Source: Otariodibacter sp. (GTDB lineage Bacteria; Pseudomonadota; Gammaproteobacteria; Enterobacterales; Pasteurellaceae). From it: DNA of 64,000 bases. Below are positions 22,486-31,481 of the stretch, in pieces. Position 1 is the first letter of the stretch. Every line of letters starts with the position of its first letter. The stretch covers positions 13 through 64,012 of the forward strand of contig NZ_JARIDQ010000002.1 of assembly GCF_029256985.1 (NCBI RefSeq). Reading direction: 5' to 3'. A program made the translations under genes and the position numbers. The notes under the pieces are model-generated. The model ran no database searches, had not been told where the DNA came from, and saw only the letters and a list, made by a program, of their open reading frames with translations.

Positions 22486-23325
22486 TCAAATTTGACAAAC
22501 ATTAGGATCACCAGCTTGTAAACCTTTTTGAAACCATTCCAATCGTTGTTTTGATGTACCATGAGTAAAACTATCAGGAATAACTCTGCCTTGGTTCTGT
22601 TGTTGCAATCGATCATCACCTACAGCCTCTGCAGCTAAAAAGGCTTCTTCAACATCTCCTGACTCAAGTTTCCCTTCTTGTTGAATTTGATGTCCCCAAA
22701 CACCAGCAAAGCAATCAGCTTGTAATTCAACACTAACAGAAATTTTATTTGCATCAATTTTATTTCTTGCAGAATGCTGTGCTACCTGAGTTTTTTGTGT
22801 AATACCTAACTGTTGCTGTACATGATGCCCTACTTCATGAGCAATAACGTACGCAAAAGCAAAATCCCCAGAAGCTTTTAATTGATATTTCATATCCTCA
22901 TAAAAGGAAAGATCTAAATATATCTTTTGATCGATTGGGCAATAGAAAGGCCCCATTACTGATTGTCCTACTCCACAAGCAGTTTGAGTCGCACCTTGAT
23001 AAAGCACCAGCGTAGGTTCATGATAAATCATACCATTTTCTTGAAAAAAACGTCCCCAAATTCGTTCAGTTGTGTAAAGCACTTTACGAGCTAGCATATC
23101 TAGAGATTGTTCCTCTTCTGAAGATCTCTCATTTATTGATTTACTTTGATAATTTGATTGAAGATCTGTTCCAACAATACCAGATAAATCTACTCCATAA
23201 TAAGCGCCAATCAATAAAATGATAAAGCCTATTACACTGATTTTTCTCTTACTCGCTCCACCTCTGTACCGTTGCCCTCTTCTGTCTTCAATATTTTGGC
23301 TTTCTTTATCATTATCTAATCGCAT
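22486..23325 (-). CDS. ypfJ: YpfJ-family putative neutral zinc metallopeptidase
   Basis: 279 aa. It has an N-terminal NIEDRRG motif, one TM segment and the HEVGHHVQ zinc-binding motif. Confidence 0.82.
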   Translation of the reverse strand: MRLDNDKESQNIEDRRGQRYRGGASKRKISVIGFIILLIGAYYGVDLSGIVGTDLQSNYQSKSINERSSEEEQSLDMLARKVLYTTERIWGRFFQENGMIYHEPTLVLYQGATQTACGVGQSVMGPFYCPIDQKIYLDLSFYEDMKYQLKASGDFAFAYVIAHEVGHHVQQQLGITQKTQVAQHSARNKIDANKISVSVELQADCFAGVWGHQIQQEGKLESGDVEEAFLAAEAVGDDRLQQQNQGRVIPDSFTHGTSKQRLEWFQKGLQAGDPNVCQI

Positions 23326-23372
23326 AGTTATCTCTATTTTGTAAAATATTCAATCAAACAGACCGCTTATGG

Positions 23373-26063
23373 CTATCTCGCCAAGATCTCACGTTTTCCT
23401 TTATTATCTGGTTCAGATAAAATACCTTGAGCAGTTAGTTGATCCACGATTCTAGCTGCGCGATTAAACCCAACCGAAAAGCGTCGTTGAATGTTACTAA
23501 TTGATGTAATTTCTGTATCAATAACATATTGAACCACTTCATCAAATAAAGGATCTAAATCACCTGTCATACCTTCTCCCGTTGCACTATTTTCATCATT
23601 TGATTCAACAATGCTTTCAATATAATGAGGTTTACCCCTTGCACGCCAATCGTCTGCCACTCGTTGCACATCCGCATCCGTCATAAAGGCACCATGTACA
23701 CGTACAATATCAGGGCTTCCAGCAGCAGAATAAAGCATATCGCCTCGTCCCAATAAAGACTCTGCTCCGCCTTTATCTAAAATAGTACGTGAATCGATTT
23801 GGCTTGCCACTGTAAAGGCGATTCGACTTGGAATATTTGCTTTGATCACCCCTGTAATTACATCAGTTGATGGTCGTTGTGTAGCTAAAATAAGGTGAAT
23901 CCCCACTGCTCTTGCCTTTTGAGCAATGCGCATAATATGATCTTCAACTTGCTTACCTGCAGACATCATCAAATCAGCAAATTCATCAACAATAAGTACG
24001 ATATAGCTCAGCTTTTCTAGTGGAGGAGGTAACTCATCCATTGTGTCACCCGGTTTCCATAATGGGTTAGGGATAGGCAATTGCATTTCATCTGCTTGTC
24101 TAATTTTATCATTATAGCCCTCAATGTTACGTACACTTAGACTACTTACCAGTAAATACCGCCGCTCCATTTCTTCCACAGCCCAACGTAACGCATTTTC
24201 TGCTTTTTTCATATCCGTTACAACAGGTGTAAGCAAATGAGGGATATCTTCATATACTGAAAGCTCAACCACTTTAGGGTCAATCATAATAAAGCGAACT
24301 TGCTCTGGCGTAAGTTTATACAGCAAGCTCAAAATCATAGTATTAATCCCTACTGATTTTCCGCCTCCTGTTTGACCAGCTACTAATAAATGAGGCATTT
24401 TTGCCATATCAACAACAATAGATTTACCACTAATATCTTTACCTAATGCCATCGGTAAAATTGCCTTAGTTTGAGTAAATTCATCACTAGCCAACACGTC
24501 TTTGAGCCATACGGTATCCCTATGACGATTTGGGGTTTCAATACCCATATAAGGCTTACCAGGTACAACTTCAGTAATACGAATCGCATCAAATATTAAT
24601 GCTCTAGCAAGATCGCTCCCCAAGTTCATAATCTTTGATGCTTTAACCCCGGCAGCAGGCTTAATTTCATACCGAGTAACAACAGGTCCAATAAGCACAT
24701 CTTCTACTGTCGCTTTTACCCCAAAATTTGCTAATTCTTGAGTAATTCTACTTGAAGTATCCAAGATTTCTCTCTCTGTAATCGGAGGGGCATCACTTGA
24801 TTGAGTTGTCAGTAAATCAATCGTTGGCATTGGCGTAGTCGGCTTAGCTAGATGTTTCTTTTTCTCTAGTAATGGATGAATTAAACTTTTACCATACCCT
24901 TTAGGGTATGTTGTTTTTTTTGTTATATCTTGGATATTATCTACTTCTTGCTCTGCTTGTTCTACAATAGGCTCAACAAATTCAGCAGAAACATGTGGAG
25001 GCATCATTTTCTGCATAAATGAAGGAGAATCATTTGCGGTTAAATGCGGTTTGGATTCTATATTAGCAATCTTTTGTTTAACATCTGTATCGCTATTCTG
25101 TTCAATCTCCAAATTAGGTTCTAATCTTACTTTAGGAATAGAGGTTTGAGAAATATATACCTCTTCCTCATTTTTATAATTATATTCTTCTGCTTCGATT
25201 GGTAGAGACTGCTGTCTTGGGTTATTAGATTCAGGCATACTTACTCTAGGTAATGAAATTTCAAATTCAGGTTTATCAAATATGATGTCATTCCTCTCTT
25301 GCTCATCCTTAAAAACCTTTCGCTCAGCTGTTAAACCTGTAATATTAGGACGTGCAAAAGTTGATACATCTGTAAATTTAAACTTATCCTGAATAGCTTC
25401 TTGTACTTGCTTCTCTTGGTTACATACAGTCTCAGTAGTATTTCGATTAACTTGTTCTTTTTCTTTTTTATTTTTATCAAATACAGGATGATATTTATCT
25501 TTATTACCTTGCATAACCCAATCATAAAGCTGAATGGCAAGATCAATTAATACTTTACCTGAACAAAAATAAAAACCAATAGCAGTAAAAATAGCAGAAA
25601 AGAGTAATACTCCAAAGATCCCTAGTACATTATCAAATAAATGAGTGAGCATACCTCCAACAAACCCACCTGAAAGATAGTAAGCAGTATCAGAAAACAA
25701 TACACTAAACAATCCAGATAACCCTAAAAGTAAAAAGAAAAAACTAATACTCCATAAAAAGATACCTTTGCATGATATAGATTCACTTTCACGAGTCACT
25801 AATAAATAAATGGGTACAAAGGTTAATCCAAAAGGTACGAGAAAGGCTATCTGTCCAAACATAGAAAAGAGGATATCAATCTCCCATGCACCTAACGTAC
25901 CTGCTTTATTTAATGTTTTATCAGTAAGGCTACTTGCGACTGACCAGCCATTATCCAAAGGGCTATAACTCGCCCATGCCACAATTAAATAAATACCAAA
26001 AGCGATAACTAATAGTAAGAAAAATTTAATTAAATTTTCTCTACCTTTTAAACGTTTGATCAC
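23373..26063 (-). CDS. ftsK: DNA translocase FtsK
   Basis: 896 aa. It has N-terminal TM helices, a low-complexity linker, a motor domain with Walker A GQTGGGKS and a C-terminal winged-helix (gamma) segment. It directly follows lrp, as in E. coli. Confidence 0.96.
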   Translation of the reverse strand: MIKRLKGRENLIKFFLLLVIAFGIYLIVAWASYSPLDNGWSVASSLTDKTLNKAGTLGAWEIDILFSMFGQIAFLVPFGLTFVPIYLLVTRESESISCKGIFLWSISFFFLLLGLSGLFSVLFSDTAYYLSGGFVGGMLTHLFDNVLGIFGVLLFSAIFTAIGFYFCSGKVLIDLAIQLYDWVMQGNKDKYHPVFDKNKKEKEQVNRNTTETVCNQEKQVQEAIQDKFKFTDVSTFARPNITGLTAERKVFKDEQERNDIIFDKPEFEISLPRVSMPESNNPRQQSLPIEAEEYNYKNEEEVYISQTSIPKVRLEPNLEIEQNSDTDVKQKIANIESKPHLTANDSPSFMQKMMPPHVSAEFVEPIVEQAEQEVDNIQDITKKTTYPKGYGKSLIHPLLEKKKHLAKPTTPMPTIDLLTTQSSDAPPITEREILDTSSRITQELANFGVKATVEDVLIGPVVTRYEIKPAAGVKASKIMNLGSDLARALIFDAIRITEVVPGKPYMGIETPNRHRDTVWLKDVLASDEFTQTKAILPMALGKDISGKSIVVDMAKMPHLLVAGQTGGGKSVGINTMILSLLYKLTPEQVRFIMIDPKVVELSVYEDIPHLLTPVVTDMKKAENALRWAVEEMERRYLLVSSLSVRNIEGYNDKIRQADEMQLPIPNPLWKPGDTMDELPPPLEKLSYIVLIVDEFADLMMSAGKQVEDHIMRIAQKARAVGIHLILATQRPSTDVITGVIKANIPSRIAFTVASQIDSRTILDKGGAESLLGRGDMLYSAAGSPDIVRVHGAFMTDADVQRVADDWRARGKPHYIESIVESNDENSATGEGMTGDLDPLFDEVVQYVIDTEITSISNIQRRFSVGFNRAARIVDQLTAQGILSEPDNKGKREILAR

Positions 26064-26072
26064 ATTCTTCCC

Positions 26073-26555
26073 TTATTTTAACTGCAAATAATTAGTCTGT
26101 TTAACTTCTTCCATTACAACATAAGTTCTTGTGTCATTTACACCAGGTAAACGCAATAATGTTGTGCCAAGTAATTGCCGATAAGCTGCCATATCCGCAA
26201 CACGCGTTTTTAGCAGATAATCAAAATCTCCCGATACTAAATGGCATTCTTGGATTTCATCTAATTGCTGAACAGCCTCATTAAATTTTTCAAAAACATC
26301 GGGTTTACCTCTAACAAGAGTAATTTCAACAATTACTAATAAAGGAGCAGACAATAAATCAGGATTAAGTAATGCCCTATACCCCATTATTACATTTTGT
26401 TTTTCTAAACGTTTAACACGTTCTAAACATGGTGTAGGTGATAATCCTACTCTTTTAGATAATTCAATATTAGAGATCTTTCCATTTCGCTGTAACTCAT
26501 TAAGAATTTTAAAATCAATAGTATCTAGTGCTTTAGATAGTTTTTTATTTTCCAT
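26073..26555 (-). CDS. lrp: Leucine-responsive regulatory protein
   Basis: 160 aa. It is nearly colinear with E. coli Lrp, sharing LSPTPCLERV and ECHLVSGDFDYLLKTRV..GVNDTRTYVVMEEVKQ. Confidence 0.95.
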   Translation of the reverse strand: MENKKLSKALDTIDFKILNELQRNGKISNIELSKRVGLSPTPCLERVKRLEKQNVIMGYRALLNPDLLSAPLLVIVEITLVRGKPDVFEKFNEAVQQLDEIQECHLVSGDFDYLLKTRVADMAAYRQLLGTTLLRLPGVNDTRTYVVMEEVKQTNYLQLK

Positions 26556-26649
26556 TTACATACCTTTTTAGCGGATTGTTCTAATTCCTTATTCTACAAC
26601 CTAATATTTATTAGGTCTAAAATTATTTGCAAAAAAAAAGTAAAATCTA

Positions 26650-26658
26650 ACCGCTTGT
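26650..26658 (-). repeat. Uptake signal sequence (Apl-type), exact ACCGCTTGT
   Basis: Exact 9-mer reverse complement of ACAAGCGGT in the lrp upstream spacer, preceded by TTTGCAAAAAAA. Confidence 0.8.
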
Positions 26659-27395
26659 AACATAATGAATTAGTAAGATTACAATAAAATATAAACACTT
26701 TTCATTTGATCTTTTAATTATGATCTTCCTCAATCAAAAATAGTAATAACTCGCTATAACGCTTCAAAATTATAGAAATTATTCCTTTATAAAGCTGCCT
26801 TCCTTTACATTTCTTATATTAGGTTATTGTAATAATATTTTTGCTGAATAACCAAAAAAATTAGTATTTCAAGCAGTAGATAAAAATTCAAATATACACA
26901 TGAATACTTCTATGAATTAACACAAAGATAGCAAAAGTTAAACAATATAAAATCATACTAACAGATAACATATATTGAAATGATATATTTTCATCAATGG
27001 TTTGTCTAAGATATGATCATGAGACAGTAGAATCTCAATCTTTCAAAACTAGTTGTTCTTGTACCTCTACATTTAAAAACAGATCAAGTAAATCCATCAA
27101 AGGAAACTGTCCTTATTAACAGAAATAGTTTTATTAGCTTAGAAAGATAAGTTAATGAAGATTATCTTATATATTTGATATTTTTAACCTAAAAATATCA
27201 TATTACATGCAAGCATATACAATCTATTTAATAAGAAAATATCATACTTGAGATACATTAAAAGATATAAATTATCGTAGCGCAATAAATTCTGTTGATA
27301 CTAACAATGAAAACCAACATCTTGAACGCTTCTATGCTCCCAGCAGAAACTGTAGCCTATCTGCTGAAATTCGTTTCTAATAGCTAGCAGATAAA

Positions 27396-27430
27396 GAAAA
27401 ATGAGTGATCCTATAAACCACTCATTTTTA
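27396..27430 (-). terminator. rib operon terminator
   Basis: The minus-strand reading is AATGAGTGgtttataggatCACTCATTTTTCTTT, 25 nt after the ribH stop. Confidence 0.7.
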
Positions 27431-27453
27431 TTCATATAAAAAAATAATAAATC

Positions 27454-27915
27454 TTAAAGTGCTTTCAATACATTAACCATTTCAATTGCGCCTAATGCAC
27501 ATTCTGCACCTTTGTTACCTGCTTTTGTGCCTGCACGCTCAATTGCTTGCTCGATACTTTCTGTTGTTAATACACCAAACATCACTGGTACGCCAGTTTG
27601 TAGAGAAACTGCACCAATACCTTTTGCAGCTTCGTTACAAACATAATCATAATGGGTTGTTGAGCCACGAATAACTGTACCTAAACAAATTACTGCATCA
27701 TATTTTTTACTTTCTGCCATTTTCTTAGCTACAAGAGGAATCTCAAATGCACCGGGAACCCAAGCTGTATCAATATCTGCTTCTGATGCACCGTGACGCA
27801 ATAAAGTATCGATTGCTCCGCCCAATAACTTATCGTTAATAAAATCGTTGAAACGTGCTGTAACGATACCAAATTTTAATCCTGTTGCGACTAAGTTACC
27901 TGTAATTTTTGCCAT
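27454..27915 (-). CDS. ribH: 6,7-dimethyl-8-ribityllumazine synthase
   Basis: 153 aa with [12 protein letters not shown] and the lumazine synthase pattern. Confidence 0.96.
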   Translation of the reverse strand: MAKITGNLVATGLKFGIVTARFNDFINDKLLGGAIDTLLRHGASEADIDTAWVPGAFEIPLVAKKMAESKKYDAVICLGTVIRGSTTHYDYVCNEAAKGIGAVSLQTGVPVMFGVLTTESIEQAIERAGTKAGNKGAECALGAIEMVNVLKAL

Positions 27916-28020
27916 TTTTGACTCCTTGAATAATTGATTAATACTGTTTTTAAACTGCTGAAATTGATTTATAGATAAACTCTCTATAGTTTAATACCTA
28001 AATTTACTGCCCACCCTAAA

Positions 28021-29220
28021 CTACAGATTAAGCATATGCCCCATTTTGATCTGTTTTACTCTTAGATAATTAATATCGTTTTTATTTGGTTCTACGATAA
28101 TAGGTTCACGAGCAACAATATTCATACCTTGGTGTTTCAAACTATCAATTTTTTTTGGGTTATTCGTGAGTAAACGAATAGATTTGACGCCTAATGCTTG
28201 GAACATCTGAGCTCCAATGTAATATTCTCTTTCGTCTTCTTTAAAACCTAAAGCGACGTTCGCTTCCACAGTATCTAAGCCTTTATCTTGTAATTCATAA
28301 GCACGTAACTTATTAATTAATCCAATACCACGACCTTCTTGACGCAAATAAAGCACCATTCCTCTGCCTTCTTTTTCAATTTGTGTCATCGCTGCTGCAA
28401 ATTGTTGACCACAATCACATCGTTGTGAACCGAACGCATCGCCAGTTAAACATTCAGAATGGATACGGGCTAACACATTTTCACCATCACCAATATCGCC
28501 TTTAACTAATGCAACGTGTTCCTTACCTGAAATCACTTCAACAAAACTATGCGCCATAAATTCGCCATATTTAGTTGGCATTTTTACCACTGACACTGGT
28601 TTTACTAAGCTATCATACTTACGACGATACTCTTGTAACTGTGCAATCGTAATAAATGGCATATTGTGCTTAGTAGCGAACTCTTGTAATTTCGGCATAG
28701 TCATCATCGTGCCATCCTCTGCCATAATTTCACAACATAAGCCTGCTGGTTTTAAACCCGCCAAACGAGCTAGATCTACTGTTGCTTCCGTATGTCCATT
28801 ACGAACTAATACTCCACCTTCTTTTGCAACAAGTGGAAACATATGTCCTGGACGACGAAAATCACTTGGTTTAGCATTGTCATCCACCATCTTTAATGCT
28901 GTATGGGAACGATCAAATGCTGAAATACCAGTGCTTGTGTCAATATGATCAATCGCAACAGTAAATGCTGTTTCATGATTATCTGTATTTTTCGATACCA
29001 TTGGATGAAGCTCTAATTTATCCGCCAAATCTTGTGAAATCGGAGTACAAATTAATCCTTTTCCATAAGTAGCCATAAAGTTAATATTTTCTGGTGTAGC
29101 AAACTCTGCTGCGCAAATAAAATCGCCTTCATTCTCACGATCTTCATCATCAGACACTAAAATAATTTTGCCTTCTGCAATTGCTTTTAATGCTTCTTCT
29201 ACTGTTGAAAATTGAAACAT
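28021..29220 (-). CDS. ribBA: Bifunctional 3,4-dihydroxy-2-butanone-4-phosphate synthase / GTP cyclohydrolase II
   Basis: 399 aa. The N-terminal DHBP synthase half carries [10 protein letters not shown]. The C-terminal GCH-II half carries a zinc Cys cluster ([12 protein letters not shown]). Confidence 0.96.
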   Translation of the reverse strand: MFQFSTVEEALKAIAEGKIILVSDDEDRENEGDFICAAEFATPENINFMATYGKGLICTPISQDLADKLELHPMVSKNTDNHETAFTVAIDHIDTSTGISAFDRSHTALKMVDDNAKPSDFRRPGHMFPLVAKEGGVLVRNGHTEATVDLARLAGLKPAGLCCEIMAEDGTMMTMPKLQEFATKHNMPFITIAQLQEYRRKYDSLVKPVSVVKMPTKYGEFMAHSFVEVISGKEHVALVKGDIGDGENVLARIHSECLTGDAFGSQRCDCGQQFAAAMTQIEKEGRGMVLYLRQEGRGIGLINKLRAYELQDKGLDTVEANVALGFKEDEREYYIGAQMFQALGVKSIRLLTNNPKKIDSLKHQGMNIVAREPIIVEPNKNDINYLRVKQIKMGHMLNL

Positions 29221-29283
29221 ATCTTCTCTTCCTTTAAATTAAATACGTAAATAATGGTCTGTACGCCATAATTACTTTATTGA

Positions 29284-29931
29284 TTAAAACCCAACTTTTT
29301 CTAAGAAAGCTTGAGTAATTTCTGTTTTAGGTTCTTCTGGAGCTTTTTTCATTAAAAACTGCTCAATGTATTTGCCGACAATATCATTTTCTAAATTCAC
29401 GATACTGCCTACCTTTTTAGACCCTAAATTGGTTTCTTTAATCGTGTGGGGAATAATGGAAACACGAAAACTTTCAGCATCTGTATCCACCACCGTCAAG
29501 CTAATTCCGTCAATAGTAATCGACCCTTTTTCAATGATGTAACGCATTAATTTTGATGAAGTTTTAATGCGATACCATATAGAGTGATTAGCAGGTGTGA
29601 TCTCAACCACTTGTCCTGTACCATCAATATGCCCAGAGACAATATGCCCACCAAAACGTCCATTAGCTGCCATTGCACGTTCTAAATTTACGGGACTATC
29701 AATTTGAAGATCACCTAACGAAGTACGCTTAAGTGTTTCTGACATCACATCAGCGGTAAATTGATTTCCACTAAAAGAAGTTACCGTTAAACAAACACCA
29801 TTGACGGCAATACTGTCGCCTAAATGCGCATCCTCTAACACTTTTGAAGCTTTAATTGTGATAACAGCAAATTCGCCTGATTTCTTAATCTGAGCGATTT
29901 TACCCACTTCTTCAATAATACCTGTGAACAT
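29284..29931 (-). CDS. ribE: Riboflavin synthase (alpha chain)
   Basis: 215 aa starting MFTGIIEEVG, with the internally duplicated lumazine-binding fold pattern. Confidence 0.95.
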   Translation of the reverse strand: MFTGIIEEVGKIAQIKKSGEFAVITIKASKVLEDAHLGDSIAVNGVCLTVTSFSGNQFTADVMSETLKRTSLGDLQIDSPVNLERAMAANGRFGGHIVSGHIDGTGQVVEITPANHSIWYRIKTSSKLMRYIIEKGSITIDGISLTVVDTDAESFRVSIIPHTIKETNLGSKKVGSIVNLENDIVGKYIEQFLMKKAPEEPKTEITQAFLEKVGF

Positions 29932-29985
29932 AACTTTTTCCTCACATTCCTTTCTAATAAAGAAACAATTTATAAAATCAATAAG

Positions 29986-31071
29986 TTATAAAACTTCGAA
30001 ATCTAATAAAATATCTTCACCGATTAATTCGGTAGATTTCAGCGTTAATCTTACCGCTTGTGAAATATCACCAATCCCTTCACCACCAATTGGCGTCTTC
30101 GCTGTTTTGCCACCAAATAATTTAGGTGCGATATAACAATGTACTCGATTAACAATGCCACTCTCTAACGCACTAAAATTAAGTTGAGAGCCACCTTCAA
30201 TCAATAAACTATCGATCTGTATTGCGCCCAATTTTTGCAAAAGATCGGGCAAATCTACCCGCTTGTTTTGTGCATTACATTGCAATACTTGCACACCAAA
30301 ACTTTGGAATTGCTCAATTTTCTTAATATCAGTAGAGATAGTCGCAATCACTGTTGGAAATTGTTGTGCCGTTTGTACTAACTGACTATCGAGTGGTGTT
30401 CTTAGCTGAGAATCACATACAATACGTACTGGTTGTTTTGCATTTGACATTCGGCTATTCAATAATGGATTGTCTGCTAATACGGTTTCCACCCCAACCA
30501 TAATGGCACTGTATTGATGCCGTGTTTTCTGTACATTTTGACGAGCAGATTCTCCTGTAATCCATTTAGATTCACCTGTTACTGTGGCGATTTTGCCATC
30601 TGCTGTCATTGCATATTTAAGTAACACGTAAGGGCATTTTGTTTGGATATAGTGAAAAAAGATTGGATTAAGCTGATCACACTCTTCTTGCATAAAATCT
30701 TCAATCACTTCAATGCCTGCTTGGCGCAATTGATTAGCACCTTTACCTGAAACTAGAGGGTTAGGATCACGTGAACCAATAAAAACTTTTTTAATGCCAC
30801 GCTCAATTAATAAATCAGAGCAAGGTGGTGTACGTCCATGATGACAACAAGGTTCAAGAGTAACGTAAGCTGTAGCTCCCGTAATATCTTCTTCACAACG
30901 AAGAATGGCATTGCGTTCTGCGTGCCATTCGCCTACTCGTTCGTGATAACCTTCCGCAATAATCTTGCCGTTTTTTACGATCACACAGCCCACTAAAGGA
31001 TTTGGGTTTGTCCATCCTCTTCCTTGTTCTGCAAGTTCAATGGCTCGTGCCATATAATCAAAATCTGTCAT
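29986..31071 (-). CDS. ribD: Bifunctional diaminohydroxyphosphoribosylaminopyrimidine deaminase / 5-amino-6-(5-phosphoribosylamino)uracil reductase
   Basis: Deaminase zinc motifs HAE and PCxxC (TLEPCCHHGRTPPC) are present, plus a C-terminal reductase domain. I chose the start at ATG 31071 (MTDFDYMARAIELAEQG). The listed 31125 start adds 18 hydrophobic non-conserved residues; neither start has a strong SD. Confidence 0.9.
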   Translation of the reverse strand: MTDFDYMARAIELAEQGRGWTNPNPLVGCVIVKNGKIIAEGYHERVGEWHAERNAILRCEEDITGATAYVTLEPCCHHGRTPPCSDLLIERGIKKVFIGSRDPNPLVSGKGANQLRQAGIEVIEDFMQEECDQLNPIFFHYIQTKCPYVLLKYAMTADGKIATVTGESKWITGESARQNVQKTRHQYSAIMVGVETVLADNPLLNSRMSNAKQPVRIVCDSQLRTPLDSQLVQTAQQFPTVIATISTDIKKIEQFQSFGVQVLQCNAQNKRVDLPDLLQKLGAIQIDSLLIEGGSQLNFSALESGIVNRVHCYIAPKLFGGKTAKTPIGGEGIGDISQAVRLTLKSTELIGEDILLDFEVL

Positions 31072-31170
31072 AGGTATCAAAAAATTAAGCGGGCAGGCAA
31101 AAAATGCCATAAATGGAATGGTCATAAATAGTCGAATCTACACCCAATAAGGGTGTAAATTGATTTATGA

Positions 31171-31204
31171 AAAAAGCCTTGAAATCGTAAGATCCCAAGG
31201 CTTT
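31171..31204 (-). terminator. Intrinsic terminator forming the expression platform of the FMN riboswitch
   Basis: The minus-strand reading is AAGCCTTGggatcttacgatttCAAGGCTTTTTT, located between the aptamer and ribD. Confidence 0.8.
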
Positions 31205-31392
31205 TGCAAAAAGATGAACGGAAACCACCGCTTATACACGGTGATTTCGTTTGCTATTCTCTTCTTCCATCCAGACTATACTGTCGGTACTGGAATTTCA
31301 CCAGTTCCTGCTCAATTGTACTCTTACAAAGTACCATTTCGCTCGCGGACTTTACCGCCGATCGGGAATTTCACCCTGCCCTGAAGATTAAA
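31205..31392 (-). promoter_or_regulatory. FMN riboswitch (RFN element)
   Basis: The minus-strand reading contains the hallmark RFN blocks: CTTCAGGGCAGGGTGAAATTCCCGATCGGCGGTAAAGTCCGCGAGC, then CTGGTGAAATTCCAGTACCGACAGTATAGTCTGGATGGAAGAAGAG. It lies immediately 5' of the rib operon. Confidence 0.93.
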
Positions 31393-31481
31393 TTAATATT
31401 AAAAAATTGTTAATGATTTTGCTCGCATTCAAATTGAAAGTCAAGCAACAAAAACACTCCACATGATTAAACTTCAATCAT

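Noticed and set aside
26669-26696. dif-like sequence (TAACATAA-TGAATT-AGTAAGATTAC) near ftsK/lrp
   Set aside because: Only the XerD-arm half resembles the dif consensus. The XerC arm does not match, and the location next to lrp is not expected for the terminus.
26997-27116. 39-codon Cys-containing ORF (MVCLRYDHETVESQSFKTSCSCTSTFKNRSSKSIKGNCPY) in the lrp upstream spacer; also a 26-codon ORF at 27307
   Set aside because: Neither has a Shine-Dalgarno sequence or similarity that I recognise. ORFs of this length are expected by chance, so I mention them only under the spacer finding.
31160-31413. Two overlapping plus-strand ORFs (74 and 69 aa) upstream of ribD
   Set aside because: The region is occupied on the opposite strand by the FMN riboswitch aptamer and its terminator. 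The ORFs are by-products of structured RNA sequence.
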